Shown in pieces: positions 1 to 13,477 of a stretch of 64,000 bases of DNA (positions within the stretch are counted from its first letter, which is position 1; the number at the start of each line of letters is the position of its first letter). Under the pieces are notes generated by a model. That model was not told where the DNA came from, searched no databases, and saw only the letters and a list, made by a program, of their open reading frames with translations. Origin of the DNA: Takakia lepidozioides (lineage: Eukaryota > Plantae > Bryophyta); NCBI GenBank assembly GCA_030704615.1, contig CM060731.1, positions 62,000,001-62,064,000 of the forward strand, written 5' to 3'. The translations under genes were made by a program, and so were the position numbers.

Positions 1-330
1 CAAGTTTCTTGTAGCTATTGATCCATCTGGTACATTTCCAGCTTTGGTGATGCAACCATGCACCTCCGATGCCCTTTTCTAGGGCTGCCAGGCTTGCACA
101 CGCACTGCAAACGCACACAAACATGATGTGGTCGAACTTCACCCCTTCCCCCATCATTTGCTTTCAGGTCTCCAAAGCCCCATCCAGCCCCCCTGCTCTG
201 CACACCCTGCAAGCATCACATTCCACAACACCACATCTCATTCAGCCACATTTAATATACATGTCCACCAGGGCAGGGGCAGTGTTCAGAATGACATCTG
301 GTAATCTAACAAACATTCTCTTTTTAGAAT
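1..330 (-). pseudogene. Degenerate PLS-class PPR gene fragment
   Basis: Minus-strand translation gives PDVILNTAPALVDMYIKCG and GVKFDHIMFVCVCSACASLAALEKG. These resemble the S and L motifs of the intact PPR at 17547-19829 but carry stops and frameshifts. Confidence 0.75.
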
Positions 331-1099
331 TGTTCCAGCAAATGCCCCAACCCTACTGACTTAGAGGCTGTAGTGTCCAAAGCCATGTCCGTTTCCAGAA
401 AATTGTCTGATGAAAATGAAGTTAGGCAGAAAATTTCCCTGGACTTGTTTCCAGTCTGTGACATGGGGGAGGACATCATGGATGACCTCAAGGGTCTACC
501 CACTCTCGGCACCAAACTGAATTTAAACTAAGGGCATGAAGAGGTCCATTGTAATCCTGAGCTGCAGCTAGGCCCGTCCTAAGGGACCAACGGCGGTTGA
601 GGACGAGGCAAGCAGCTTATAGAGCAAGGGGAAATAAAGGTCATGGTGGAGGTCGCAACCAAAACCAAAGACAAGACCAAGATTAAGATCATGATCAAAG
701 CATGGTGTAATGATTTGTTGAGGTACTGGAGCAACGACTTGCTGCCATGGACACTTCTCATGCAGTGCCAGCTCCAAGCCCTAAGATTCAAGCTTCACCT
801 CCACAATAGTAGTAAGGAGATTAGAGTGGTATGAGCTTCACATATGGAGCCCAACTTGTAGGACCATTGCATGTGGATTCTGCATCTGTTGTCACTTGAG
901 CAGCAACTCGTGCTCCTGAGCCAAGGGGAGCGGATGTGGATTTTGATCCACAAATGGGGGAAGCAAGTCAGCAGACAAGGCTTCCCCAGTCTTTTACATC
1001 TGACCTTAGATAGCATTCCAATGGACTTGGGCCAATTGACCTCCAAACCCGAAGTTAGGTAGAAAGAATTTAAAGAGGATAGGCTAGTGGTGACATTAG

Positions 1100-1900
1100 C
1101 AATAGAGGAGTTATTAACAACAAAACCGTATCGTTAGTATACATAGATGTCTTTATAGAGGGCGGGAGGTCAAAATGAGGGGGAGGGAGTGACAAACTAA
1201 TACTATTTCGTCTGGACCCAGACATACAGTCAAGGCCATCAACTACAATTAGGAAAAAAAAGGGCGCAAAAGCACAAGAGGACATCCTTGACAAACCAAA
1301 CGAAAGAGGGGAAATGAAGAAGAGATGACTCCATTCACCATACAAGATACTATCAAAGAATCATGCGACCTTTAAACAAAACCACTGTGATCCGCACCAA
1401 TAATAGAAGGGAGGATAGGTTGCAATCGCAGACAAAGCTTTTGCTATGATTTTATAAGAGGAATTTAGAAGAGTGATTGGCCTGTGATTGCTGATCGTAT
1501 CACGGTCTCCTTTTTTTGAAGATGAGTGTGATAATTAAGCCCTCACAATTGAGAGGGCATGATCCCTTTTAATAGAATGTCATTAGCCATTTAAGGAAAT
1601 CTGCACCCAACCTTGAGCCAAAGTTTTTAAGAAAATTCCACTAGAAAACCGGCACGTCCCGGCATTTTCAGAGGAGCCAAGGCTTTGATCACATCTCCCA
1701 ACTCCTCCATGGTAAAGGGAGCGTTCAAGGATTGTTGATGAGAAGCTGACAACAACAAGGAGGGTATACGGTCGAAAAATGCATTTCTAGCAGCAGAGTG
1801 AAAGGGGGGGGAGAAGTCAAGGTTGGACACTGAATAGTTTCCTGAAATGATCAGCTGCAGTATCTGAAGCCATGGTTCTAGGAAGGTAGAAGAGCCAAGA
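1100..1900 (-). mobile_element. L1-clade LINE reverse-transcriptase fragment (decayed)
   Basis: LNAPFTMEELGDVIKALAPLKMPGRAGFLVEF is the pre-RT KAPGPDG-type motif. It is followed by VNGVISSSFPLFRLVCQGCPL, a G.RQGCPLSP-like motif. Multiple stops. Confidence 0.8.
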
Positions 1901-3540
1901 AAGAAGACTAGAGACAAAAAAAGGGATAAACAAGTCCGAGAGACCACAAGTTTATCAACCAAACAACATTCCGTCGAACATGAACGTAAGGAGCGACAGA
2001 GGTAGACTTCCACTTGTGTATAGGACGCATGCATCAGCAATTCTAGGAGTCACAATGTTTGTCTGTATGTAACTTAGCCGATATCTGTTGTTCCTATATA
2101 AAAACCATCACTTTCATGCATGATAGCTTACAAAAACGAAATCCATGTTAGAACTTCACCTTCCCAATCCGAGTGGCTCAAGAATACGGACATCGGGACC
2201 ACATCGATACAGGACCCATTCTGCCCACCTCACAAATGTTGTACTTTTAAGACTCATCTGCGGGGGCGTCACCCTTCCGAGGAGATTCTGAGGAGGGGGC
2301 TGCTGAGAAGCGGAGGAGCTAAGGCATCTAAGGCAGCTATGGCAGTCGAGAAGTCGAGAAGGTCATTCCTGTCTATTGATATGATACTATTCAATAAAAA
2401 GCAGCAGAGGCTGCCATTTTCGAAACAGGATTATCTGCGAACTGCTCAGACCTTAAAAGTTAGAGATGGTTATGCCACTGAGACAATCGTCGAGACATTG
2501 TGACCCACATTGACCTTCCAAAGAATGCTTTGACCCTCTCTTTGATACCCCAATCTAGATATTCTGTTCTAACCACTATAATTTGAACAATCAAACACCA
2601 TTCTGTTGCGAGCTGTTGCATTACTCCAACGGCAGACAAGCTAGTACATTTTCTAGACATGTATATGATCTTATGAGGGACAGAACCCTGGAGCGTATTT
2701 TGCTGCATGTAGAGGTAGGGTTGTGCCCAACCAGTCTTGGGGCTTGATGCTGGTGCAAGGCTAAAATCTCCAAGCTGAATGTATGGGCTGTTCACTAATG
2801 TCTGTGCTGCAGAGACAGTGTGTTTGGACCAGAGGTAAAGAATGCAGATATTTACGAAGAGCATGCCAAGGATGTTGTCTTATCAGCTGTCTGTGCTCTC
2901 AACGGTGTGTTTCATTGACACTATTTGCCTGCATACTATCCATCTGATGTCGGATACTAGACAAACAAAGGGGCCCTTTAGTACAGGTCTCATGTGTCGG
3001 TTTAGTTCTCATGTTGCACTTGAGACAGGCAGAGGGAGAGAAGAGATGGAGAATTGGGAGGTGAGATAGTTATTCAACACAGGCGTGGCAGCAGTGCTCT
3101 GCAAGTGATAAGCCCTTATTGATGTGAGTTTGGCAGGGATTGTGTTTGAGTACTTGCAAACAAGGAGTAGCAAAACATAAACCATGCGAGGATCACAATC
3201 TGATGAGGCATCATTGGTTTGGCTGTTCATGATGTTTTCCGAAATATTCCGAAGGTTAGTCTGCACATCCATCCCAGACTGAGAAGTTTTACCCATAGTG
3301 TGGAGTGTGCTCAAAAAAATTAGTAGGCTATTTTTAATCCAACAATTGATGCATTTCCCTGTCACATATTTGTGTGTGATATCACCCTTTCCATGTTTCC
3401 CACCAGGTCCATTTATAACATCTGTTGGAAAAGGTTTTGTATCATAGCCTCACTGGCATACTGGCTTCAGAAGGTCTCAAGAAAATAGGTTTGTCATTGG
3501 AATTAATTGAAAAGTTGCCTGAATGGCTCGTTGTTGTCAG

Positions 3541-3663
3541 ATGTCAGAGATGGCAGACATGGTATTTCTAATCCGAGTGTCCTATATGGAGATTTACAGT
3601 GAAGAAATGAACGATCTTCTTGCACCAGAGAGTGGGAAACTGCAATTCCATGAGAGTTTGGAG
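3541..3663 (+). pseudogene. Isolated kinesin motor-domain exon (kinesin-7/CENP-E-like)
   Basis: AG-bounded and GT-bounded exon encoding VFLIRVSYMEIYSEEMNDLLAPESGKLQFHESLE, the conserved VSYxEIYNExxxDLL motif. Neighbouring kinesin motor exons were not found. Confidence 0.75.
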
Positions 3664-4610
3664 GTACTTTGCTTCAACTCTAGAAATGGGTGTGTAGGTT
3701 TTGTAAGAGAGGTTGTTTGGGTGGGGATCATGTTTTAAGTCTTTGTGGTGTTTAGCCATGGTGGGAGGGGATTTGGCATTGTTTAGGCTTCAGGTACTAG
3801 GCGTGGCCATTGATGAGTTCTAACCTCTAGCCATAGGACTTGTGCTCAGTGAACCATTGTCTGCTCGCAGAAATTTTGGGGAGAGAAATCCAGATGTAAT
3901 TGGTAACCCAAATGTCTAGGAGATAGGAACGGGATGATGATGTTGAACCCATCAAAGGTGTCCAGATATATCAGCTGTCAAGCGATCATAACTGAAAGAT
4001 GTACAATCACTTCTAAACTCAGTGTCTCTTGATTTTGCCAGGAGTCTCTAGCTCTATGGACACTTTGAACAAGCCTAGAATGTCATTCTCAAGAAGTAAA
4101 CATTCCTATGTGAAGAAATTGGAAGAGCATTTGAAACTTGAGCTGAAAAGATCACAGCACAAAAACACAAGCTTACAAATTGAGGCTCAAGAGCTCAATG
4201 GTCAACTTCTCCAACAAAAACAACTCTTCAGAAAGGCGTTCAGGAGACAGTTGACCTGGATAATGAGATCCAGTTGCTCAGAGAAAAGGTGAAGTTTCAA
4301 AATGAGGCAATGGTTGGCTCTATGGTTTAGATGATTGCGGCCTTAGTCAGGTGATGGCTGCTGTTGGAGGAAATGCTCTGAGGCCAGATACAGTTGCTTC
4401 CAAGGCCATTCCTCTGTGATTTTGTGAGTGATGATATGTGTAGTCAACATTATATTCATCTAACCTACACTTGATCAAATGAATTTTGCATATATCTGTT
4501 TTAGAACTCAATAGAGATTCCTGGTATTTGCTAAGTAGGGGGTCTGGAAACAAGAAACTTAAAGTATTGTCCTCTGTATCAATTTCTGAAATAGCTGGCT
4601 CGGGAATCTA

Positions 4611-4930
4611 GGTGTTGCTGTTGTGACTGTCTACATCAATCAAGAGAAAAAAATTGCATGTGTTGAGATGCGAAGTGTTGAAGAAGCCAGCAAAAATGCA
4701 ATGACCCTAGATGGCATCATCTTTGAGGTATTGTTCTTATGTAGAACTGTGACCTGTCCTTTTGATTTACTTAAATTTCCAACCATGGAATACTGTGAGT
4801 TATTTTCACTGTAACGCTGTTAGTGGCCAGATATACTCTCGATGTTGCTGCTGGGGATTGTTGAAGAACCCCTGAATCTATGGTTACTTTTGAGCGGGTG
4901 TCTCTGTGAGTGGCCAAGTAACTACAAACA
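4611..4930 (+). pseudogene. U2AF65: U2AF large subunit RRM fragment (exon + intron + degenerate next exon)
   Basis: The exon encodes [38 protein letters not shown] followed by GT, matching plant U2AF65 ([35 protein letters not shown]). A degenerate GVSV..RPSNY follows near 4895-4928. Confidence 0.8.
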
Positions 4931-7900
4931 GTTCGGTATTCATGTCTTGGTAATGAACGCTATAAAAATGCCCATTCAACTCTCGTTCAAACATTCATAC
5001 ATACCTGTTCTCTGTGTTGTGAGTTGCACATGAAAGGTCAACACTGTGAATTATGGGCTGTGGTTGTGTCCCTTCGTCCTCAACAGATCTGGAGGCGAAC
5101 AGGACTTTGTTGGTTGAAATCTTAGAGACGTGCTCAAGTTATAGAGTTTGGAGGAGAGGGCAGCTGGAATTGGTTTGTAATTATGCATCGGCACAGATGG
5201 CGCAGGATCCATGCTGACCCACAAGGTGAGAGCATGAGATGGGAAAGAATCAGACGCTGAATAGATATTTTGCTTTCCTCAATCGTTTGACTTTAAATCC
5301 ATTTCGAGGAAGAGAGAAGCTCGGCCGTTTCTTTTTCTTCAAAGGGACATTGAAACCCAAGTTCTTCATTGGGCGGCGGCGGAAAACCCAAATTCAGTCC
5401 AAAAAGAATAACCAAGCTCCTACCAAGGGAAGAGACAAAGAGGACAGGTGAAGTACAAGAGAGGGAGAGGATCTCTCAAATACTTCAGACTGTGATCATG
5501 GTTGATTTCATCAAGTGATAAGAGACATCAGGACAGACTCTGTAATTATTTCATCTGAACTATCAATATCGCTCATGAATAGCTGTGGATCACCAAGACC
5601 CATAAGAAGCCAAGTAGACAGAGAGATTGTAAAGATATGGTTGTGTGTGTCCATCAGGTTGGTGATCAGAATGCATGCAATTGCCATGTGAGGCGGCATT
5701 TACAATCAAAATCAAAGTTAGAGTTACAAAATCAAGAGTCTTCCTCACAGCTAAGCAATCTGGCGCCAGTGGACATATTCCGGATACTCTCTCTTCCACG
5801 CTTGCTTGGATGGGTGACTGTAGGCTTCGCTTGGTTGGGCACATTCCTGAACTCGTTTCTCGAACCTCAAAGAGCAGAGGTGGTGGATGCCACAGGAGCA
5901 TTTGAAGATTTTGTGGACATTGAGGGAGCCCAGGAGGATGACATGTTTCACATGTTACTCGAAGAGCTTTCAGAGTGATTCAGAGGGTTGGGAGAGAAAT
6001 AGGATGGTGCAAAAATTCCACTCTTAAGGAAATCTTTCAGAGGAGGCAGCACTGAGATTTTGTGTATCAATGAGATTCCCTCTTTGAGCCAGTCGTGAAC
6101 TGAATTCACAAATACTTGAACTCCCTGTGATACCATTCAACATTAGATACCATGCAAGTAATTTCATTGTTTCTCCTAATTATACCAGCACAGTTGACAA
6201 TTGTTGGCACATGTAAGTCTGCCTTGCCACAATTTGGGTTGAAAGAGATGATTATCTCCTTGGAGATGATTCAGTGATACACTTTGCAAGAATTTGATGG
6301 CGGGACCATGTTCATCGTCACCATTTGTCTACATAGAACTTGCAGGAAAAGGTGGAATCTGAGGCCGCATGATAGAACTTTTTCAAGAGATCAACCGTTT
6401 ACAAATCTAGTTGAAAATGACACACGCTGATGTGATGTACTCCCAATTTGCAATGGAATTTTCTCCATTATAAATATTGTTGCAGACATTGATCGAATTA
6501 TGATCTTCCTGATTTGAATCCGTGACTAGAGCAATGAGAGCATCTCATCAGTCACAAATAAGGTTTCATGTCTACAATTTCGAGTCTGAGATCCATCACT
6601 ACATGGACCTTTAACCCCTAGCGGACTGCCACAGGGAAACAGCCCATCTAATTGAAGAGCTCCTTGGATTGGAAACTTGGAATCATGCAGAAATTGGAGA
6701 TTGCACGTATAAGTTAGTCGTGGGAAACGTAGATGTGAATATTGCTAGCGGACACAATCAATGATAGCACAATGGATGCAAGGGGTAGAAGACTTCAGGT
6801 TACCAGTCAATACATTTGTGTTAGATTAGATCCTTGTTGCATCCTGCAACAAACTGGAAAGAGAGACAGAGGAAAGAGAATGGCTGATCTTAGCTACCAT
6901 AAGAAAGTGCACTTTTATTACTAAGTGAAACACTGCCGGGCCAAATCTCAACCACATCAGAGTTCCTTCAGTGATGGTAGAAACAGTCATATCGAAACCA
7001 CAACAGCTTGTACATTCAGGGGTTCATCAAAGGGATCATCAAAGCATTGTACCCATTCTACTTGTAACCTCAGTGATTGAATCGGGCTTTGAAAGGAAAC
7101 AACTAGAACCCAACATGCTTTCCACGTGAGAAGCAAGATGAACAATTTGAGAATTAAGAACCATGACCCTTGCATGCCTCTATGAAATACTCGACCTGAC
7201 TGTCACGGCACTTGGCCTGTGATCTCTCTCGTGATTGAGGGGATGGCATAAACTCACAGAGATTCACGAGGGATTCAAACAGCAATTGTCATAAACATCT
7301 ACACGAAGCAGAGTCTTTCTCTCTGACCAGCTCCTTGGCATTTGGACTCACAGTTGCGATTGCCGGACTTTTGCCCGATCGCGCACAACCCTCTGTAGCA
7401 GACAGGTGGTAGTTTGCAGGCCCCTCAATACGGGCAGCGTCTCGCATCATGCCTGGTGCCCAGTGGAGAGTGGCTGTGTGAATGTGAGAGCACGTGGGAG
7501 AAGACTAGCGGCCAAGCAAAATCCTACCTACTTGGATGGGGCGCATGCGATCGTTGAAAGCGAGACGGATTACTTGGAGGCCTGCCACTAATCCCTGCCT
7601 AATTTTGATGACGACTTAGTCAATGCGGATGGACGATGGCCTGCATTTTGAGCGATCTGGAGGCATGCGAAAGAGCAAATCCGAGGGATGAAGTATCGTT
7701 CCTGCTGCAACGATGCTCTTTTGCTAATCTTTCGGAAACCCATCTGAATGCGAGGCAGTCTTATACATAGAAGCTTACCCTCGCACGGTTGCTCTACCCA
7801 CCTCCGTCTCTCCGTGTCTCTCTCCATCCGTCGGCGACAGCAGGTCTGTGGCAGTGTCAATGTTTCCTCTCCATGGTTTCTCATGCATCCTTCTCAATGT

Positions 7901-8295
7901 TCGGTCTTTTGATATAGCTTCTCATGGTAGAGAGCGAGAGAGAGAGGGAGAGGGAGGGAGGAAAGCGTCCCTTTTTGTGGAACTGAGACATAAGTGGACC
8001 CACATTGCCGCAAATGCAGATGAACTGCAACTGACATGCAGGGTAAAGCAGATGTATCTTTTTTGGTGGATTGAGAGAATAAGGGAAAGGGAACGGGAGG
8101 AGGGGAGGGGAAAGCAGGGAAGGAGAGAGAGCATGTAATACCGGTTCATCTTCTGGACTTGCTCTCGGAGAGAGATGCCGGTCGATTCGTTCCAGAATCT
8201 CGTGGTATTTCTTTGACTAGCCAGTTTTCAATGACCTGTGCAGAGATTTGTTGCCGGTGCAGGAAAGAACTTGGGTGTGAGGAAAGCAGAGCAAA

Positions 8296-8409
8296 ATGCC
8301 GCACTCGAGGCTATCAGCGAGAGTTGACTCTCCCACTGTAGATGTGCTGGTGGACTTGGGCCATCCTTTTCTGAACTACACTTTGGACGGCTTCATCAAG
8401 ATTGGAGGG

Positions 8410-8444
<35 letters not shown>

Positions 8445-10100
8445 TGATGTACTCCACTGAAGGACATTGAGTAGTTGGCTGGAAAAGTGCCTTTGGAGTT
8501 GTTCTCCGGCTACTGGTGACGATGTCAATGTGATGCCATGTACACTTAATGTTAACGCTTTAGGTAGAAGAGTTGCTAATCTGAGTGTCTTCTTTGTGCA
8601 GGTGGGAGCCGCTCATGGAACATTGCAAGAGGCCTTCTCAATGTTGAAGAACGGTGCGTAACTTGTAGTGTGCTATTGGCATGAGATGACCGTCCTTAAA
8701 TGTCTCCTCTTTCACTTGGTATGTCACAGTTAATACCATAGGGAAATTGTGAATGGTCAATCTGTAACTAGTTCTCTCTCTCTCTCTCTCTCAGGATCCA
8801 GTAGCCTGGGAGTCCTTTGCCAAGTCATGGACATGTTGGAGGGTGTTTCCTCCAACGTGGACGAATTAAGATGGATTAATTCCTCGCTGTGGGCTATGTT
8901 TGCAGAAAGGGTGACAAAGCGTGATCTTGAGAAAGTGGTGGGTTTAAAACCAATTTGCCGTCATTTGTTTCAAGCAAGGATGGGAGTAGTTATTTTTGTG
9001 ACATTATTGATAGGAAGTGCCATTTCACCTTGCGTTCTGGGCCCTTCTACTAGGTTCTCACACATCTCTCTCTCTCTCTCTCACACACATAGACAAACAA
9101 ACCCACACAATCATCTACTGATCTGCGAGGTTCCCCTTGTTGTTTTCAAGTGGAACAGCTTGTTTCTGGTTAGAAATTGTGCAATTCCCACCCTATCCTA
9201 GTATTTTGCAAGAAGCTTGGAAGAGGGGGCAGACAGTTTCGATACTCAGTTCTGGAGAGGAGACTAACAATGATGCCTGCTGTCTTCAGGTCAAGGAATC
9301 AGGCAGACAGGCCTTTCAATGGGGTGAGCTCACAATATCTTAGTTGTCGTTAGCTTGTGACAGTTTTTCCAGATGCACTCATACAGCTTAATGTTTCTGA
9401 CCTGAACTATCAGATGCTACCTGTACATTTAAGGGACAAGCACAGTGAAACCTGTGGCAGAGAAGATGTATGTCCCCTAGGTTGCCTTTCCAAATCATTC
9501 GCACCAAGCTGTCGGATTATGATTCCCCAGGGCTTTGGGTCTACCAAGAGGGTTTTCCGGGGGATGAGAGATGGGAAGAAGATGATTTTGAAGTAGAAAC
9601 ACTCTGTATTCGAGGTGAGAAGATAGTATGATATACCAGTAAATGGGAGCATTTCTTTCAATGCAGGTATGGTAGCAGGACTCTACACAGGCATGGAATA
9701 TGGGATGGAACGTGTTCGGGGCAAACACGATTGGGTACCATCTCTGTCCACTTTAAAACTTTTGTTGCATATATCTTCTGAAGGAGGGAGCCTAGTCCTT
9801 TCTACTTCCATTTTACTCTTCTTCCTGCTTCCTTTGTGATGGGTGTCTTTCCACCATGGTACTGAGAAATCATTCTCCACTAGTTAAATGTCTCCCTCTT
9901 CTCAGAATCTGTGTGACCACTGGATTAAAAGCTGGATTTCTTGGTGATTTCTGCAGAAAAATGCAGCATTAGGAGGGGCACTGACTGGTGCCCTTCTTTC
10001 GTTGGGAGATACCACTTTTAATCGCGACAAGATGATTCGCACGGCAATCACTGGTGGCGCCATAGCCACTGCTTCAGAGTTTATTCGGTACCTCACCTAG
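8296..10100 (+). CDS. OEP16: Plastid outer envelope pore protein 16 (Tim17/22/23/OEP16 family); exons 8296-8409, 8602-8653, 8906-8937, 9290-9323, 9667-9734, 9957-10100
   Basis: Manual splicing at GT-AG sites with consistent phases gives MPHSRLSARVDSPTVDVLVDLGHPFLNYTLDGFIKIGGVGAAHG...AFQWGMVAGLYTGMEYGMERVRGKHDWKNAALGGALTGALLS...AITGGAIATASEFIRYLT*. The ORF track misses it because the exons are short. Confidence 0.92.
8411..8440. repeat. (CT)n microsatellite in OEP16 intron 1
   Basis: Direct dinucleotide run immediately after the GT donor. Confidence 0.95.
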
Positions 10101-11194
10101 GTTGCCATTGTATGGATTAAATTCTTCTGCAGTAACATAATTGAGTTATTGCAGGAGGCACAACAAGGAGGGAGGAAAAGAGATGAGAGGGAGCTTATGA
10201 GAAGTAGAGCAAAGTCAGTTTGTTACCCCTTGTACTGATCAACCCACCACTTCCACCAAACATGCACCAGAAAACTTGGTGCTGGGGAGAAAGGATTTTT
10301 AAATGGCAGCAGTGCCTCCTCTGTTTTGGTTAGAGTTCTTGCAAAGCAGAGAGACCCCTGGTTTGGATTGGAGAAGCCTGATTGGTATTTGCTGTGGCGG
10401 TATGCTATGATTTCATGTTCTCTCAGTGCCTCAAAGGAAAGATGGTTGGACATCTTATATTCTTTTCTGCCTTGTCTGCATATTTCTTTGCATGCTTTGT
10501 TTCAGGGTTGGTTTTGCAATCATGCATCCAACACACACCAGTATATGATTGACCTTCAAAACTGTCTTTGCTACCAGGGTAATGTCCATTGATATCCCCA
10601 AGTCTGAAGTCTGGAGTTCACTAATTTGACCCACAGCCCACATGACAAATTCATCACAAACATATGAAAAAATATGAGGCAATAAAAGCAACATTGAAAT
10701 GAAACATTTTTGTAATTTATCTAATTTAATTTTGACAAAAGGGACTGGAGAAAATATCTATTTACTTGTGAGTGGGATGGAGGTCCTCTGCAGAACTTCC
10801 ATGAAAGGGTTGCTGTTGTGGAAGGAAAAGAGCCGCTAAAATGTTGTAACGGTCAAGGAAAATGAATCCTGTGGAAAATCGTGTGCCGGACGATATGATA
10901 TTGGCGCAATGAAGTTGATGATCTTCAAGGGCTGCTGAGACTCAAGAACTAACTCACACAATACCAAGTTAGACCACCATTCTGGTTGTTTTGTAACCCA
11001 GTGAAAAAGTACCGGTAAGCTTATTGTCAATAAAGCCAGGATATATTCTTCACATTTTCTCCTTCTTTGCATCAAATGTCAATGCTTCCATATTACACCC
11101 ATTTGTCTTCAGAACATCTCTCTCTCTTTATTTTTTGAATTTGTACCACTTAAATTGAACTTGTACCTTTGTAACCCTATTTTCACATTTCAAT

Positions 11195-11231
11195 GTCCGA
11201 GGTGGGGAAAAAAAAAAAAAAAAGTCCGAGG
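11195..11231 (+). mobile_element. Extremely 5'-truncated poly(A) retro-insertion with 8-bp TSD
   Basis: GTCCGAGG (11195-11202), then TGGGG-A16, then GTCCGAGG (11224-11231). Confidence 0.65.
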
Positions 11232-11939
11232 AATGTTCTAACCGTTGCACTAATTATATGTTAGAAGTGCGGTAAGTTCTGATGGCAATTGTGCACCTCG
11301 GAAGAAACAAGTCAACCAAATGTATAGGTGCATCGAAGATGCGGAGCGGCTGCATTCTATGTCTTCAACACGCTTCTTTAAGACAAAATGTATATACTTT
11401 AGCGTCTTGTACAAGACAAGCCAAGACAAGCCAATGGCTAGTCCGGGAGTTGTCTTAGAGGGAGAGATGACACCGACCACAGCTAGCGTAAATAAGAGCC
11501 AATCGTCTTAAGTTGTAGATAGTGAGAACCAAAACTCCACTTATAAATTTTCATCAGCTTTAGATGCGCCGCTTCGACGGTGTGGCATCATTTATCCATT
11601 AGGAACAAATTGTAACCACAATTTTCCCATCAAATTGCTTTTGGAGTATAGAAGAAATAAAAATAAAAATAAAAAATGAATCCCTTTCTTCTTAAAGAAA
11701 GAAAAAGGAAATTCATGGCTGCCTTTACTAAGATTAGAAAAAAAGATAGAAGAAACAAAAAAAAACTGAAAGAAATGATGTTTGGATAGGATGGATGAAT
11801 GACAATATGTCCCCCGAAAGGGAATGGATGAACGAGACTCGTGTGGCTAGTGTGAGAGCGCGAGGGATGGATGAGGCAAGCGACCCGGGCATTTGCCCGC
11901 CCGATTCTGGCCGCCCATCGCACGGTCCGGAAGCGCGCT

Positions 11940-12070
11940 GCAGATTTTGGGTGAGGCGCGGATAAGGCTCGTTTCCATTGGCCTGACCCCGACCTTTTCC
12001 TCACACGAGACCTCGTACAAGATCTCACTCACGAGCTTTGATTGGACATATGCCTATATGTAAATTCCCT
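11940..12070 (+). promoter_or_regulatory. Putative PsaF core promoter (I-box-like GATAAG, ATTGG/CCAAT boxes, TATA-like element)
   Basis: GGATAAG at ~11960, ATTGG at ~11977 and ~12041, and CCTATATGTAAA at ~12053, about 200 bp upstream of the PsaF ATG. Confidence 0.45.
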
Positions 12071-12257
12071 CTGCTGAAGTGGCAGTATTTCATTGGTATC
12101 ACAAGATTTCAGGACGTCGAGTTGGGGACAGCCCGGGCCGGGCCCCATCTCCCTCGCTCTCTCCCTCCATAGAGCAGCTGATCAAGTGTGTGCGAGAGAG
12201 TGAGAGAGAGAGAGGAAGGAGGCCACAGAGCGCACAGACAGGAAGAAGAAGGGAGAG

Positions 12258-13477
12258 ATGGCGACCGTAGCTGCCAGGGCCTTGGTGACTCCCGCTGCAG
12301 GAGTGGATGCTGTGCGGCAGCAGAGGTTGCTGAGTGGTCGGGCCTTGCGAGTGTCGTCCGTGCCCTCCGTCTCTTACCGGGGTCCTTCTCTGGCAGTGCG
12401 AGCATCTTCTGACAAGGATGTGAAGGTTAGGCACTCTCCAGTCTGAGGTTAAGGAATTTTTTCTAGTGGAGGCACTCCTCCAGGTTTTTAGCATTGGTGT
12501 CTGACACCTTACCTGCCTAATTTCAACGTCTTGGCCGCCAGTACCAATTCTTGCTAGTGGTTTGAGTATTGGATTGGTGGCTTCAAATGTTGAGTCTGGT
12601 CTCGTAGAATTGCAAGCGGAAGTGGGAGTTTTGAAGTTGTCACTACGGTTATACCGTTGATCTTTGTAAATGCCTGAGCGCACTCTTTTGGGAGGCGGGC
12701 CTGTAATATGTTCCATTGTCTGCATTATGTACTCTCGGGTGCTTGCGTTGAGTAAGTAGTGTTACAGTATCTGCTCTCAATGACCAGGTCACTGTGTTCG
12801 GCATTATGTTTCGTGAATGTCGGAGTAAAATCGGGCTTTGAGTATCATAGTTGACCTGTTGCTTTTTCTTTTCTGCATCCACGAAGAGCGAGCAGTCTGT
12901 AGCAGAAACAGCTGGAAAGATGGCAGCGGCTTTGGCCCTGGCCGCCATTGTTGGCACCGCCCCTTTTGCTGCACCCCAGGAGGCCTTGGCTGATATCTCT
13001 GGCCTCACTCCTTGCAAGGAGAGCAAGGGCTTCGCAAAGCGGGAGAAGCAGGAGATTAAGAAGCTGGAGACCAGGTTGAAGCTCTACGCACCTGATAGCG
13101 CACCGGCACTTGCTATCAATGCCACTATTGAGAAGACCAAGAGACGGTTTGCCTTCTACGGCAACGAGGGATTGCTGTGTGGAACTGACGGTCTTCCTCA
13201 CTTGATTGTCGATGGCGACCAGAAGCATTTGGGAGAGTTTGTATACCCAGGAATCGTGTTCTTGTACATCGCAGGATGGATTGGATGGGTTGGCAGGAGC
13301 TACCTGATTGCAGTCAGGAGCGCCAAGAAGCCCACCGAGAAGGAGATCATCATCGATGTCCCCCTTGCTGTGAGCCTTCTGTGGACGGGATTCACATGGC
13401 CCCTGGCTGCAGTGAGCGAGCTGAGGAATGGCAAGCTGATCGAGTCTGCCGCCAACATCACCGTCTCTCCCAGATAA
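12258..13477 (+). CDS. PSAF: Photosystem I subunit F (PSI-III) precursor; exons 12258-12425 and ~12887-13477
   Basis: Transit peptide exon [10 protein letters not shown]...RASSDKDVK followed by GT. Exon 2 has a lumenal signal ending ALA, then mature [25 protein letters not shown]...[17 protein letters not shown]...[16 protein letters not shown]...EIIIDVPLA...ITVSPR*. Confidence 0.97.

Noticed and set aside
5450-7900. Possible decayed minus-strand gene
   Set aside because: Only short, stop-riddled ORFs with no recognisable family motif; no call can be supported.
11250-11520. Ulp1-protease-like HW motif on the minus strand
   Set aside because: A single short motif with stops nearby is insufficient evidence.
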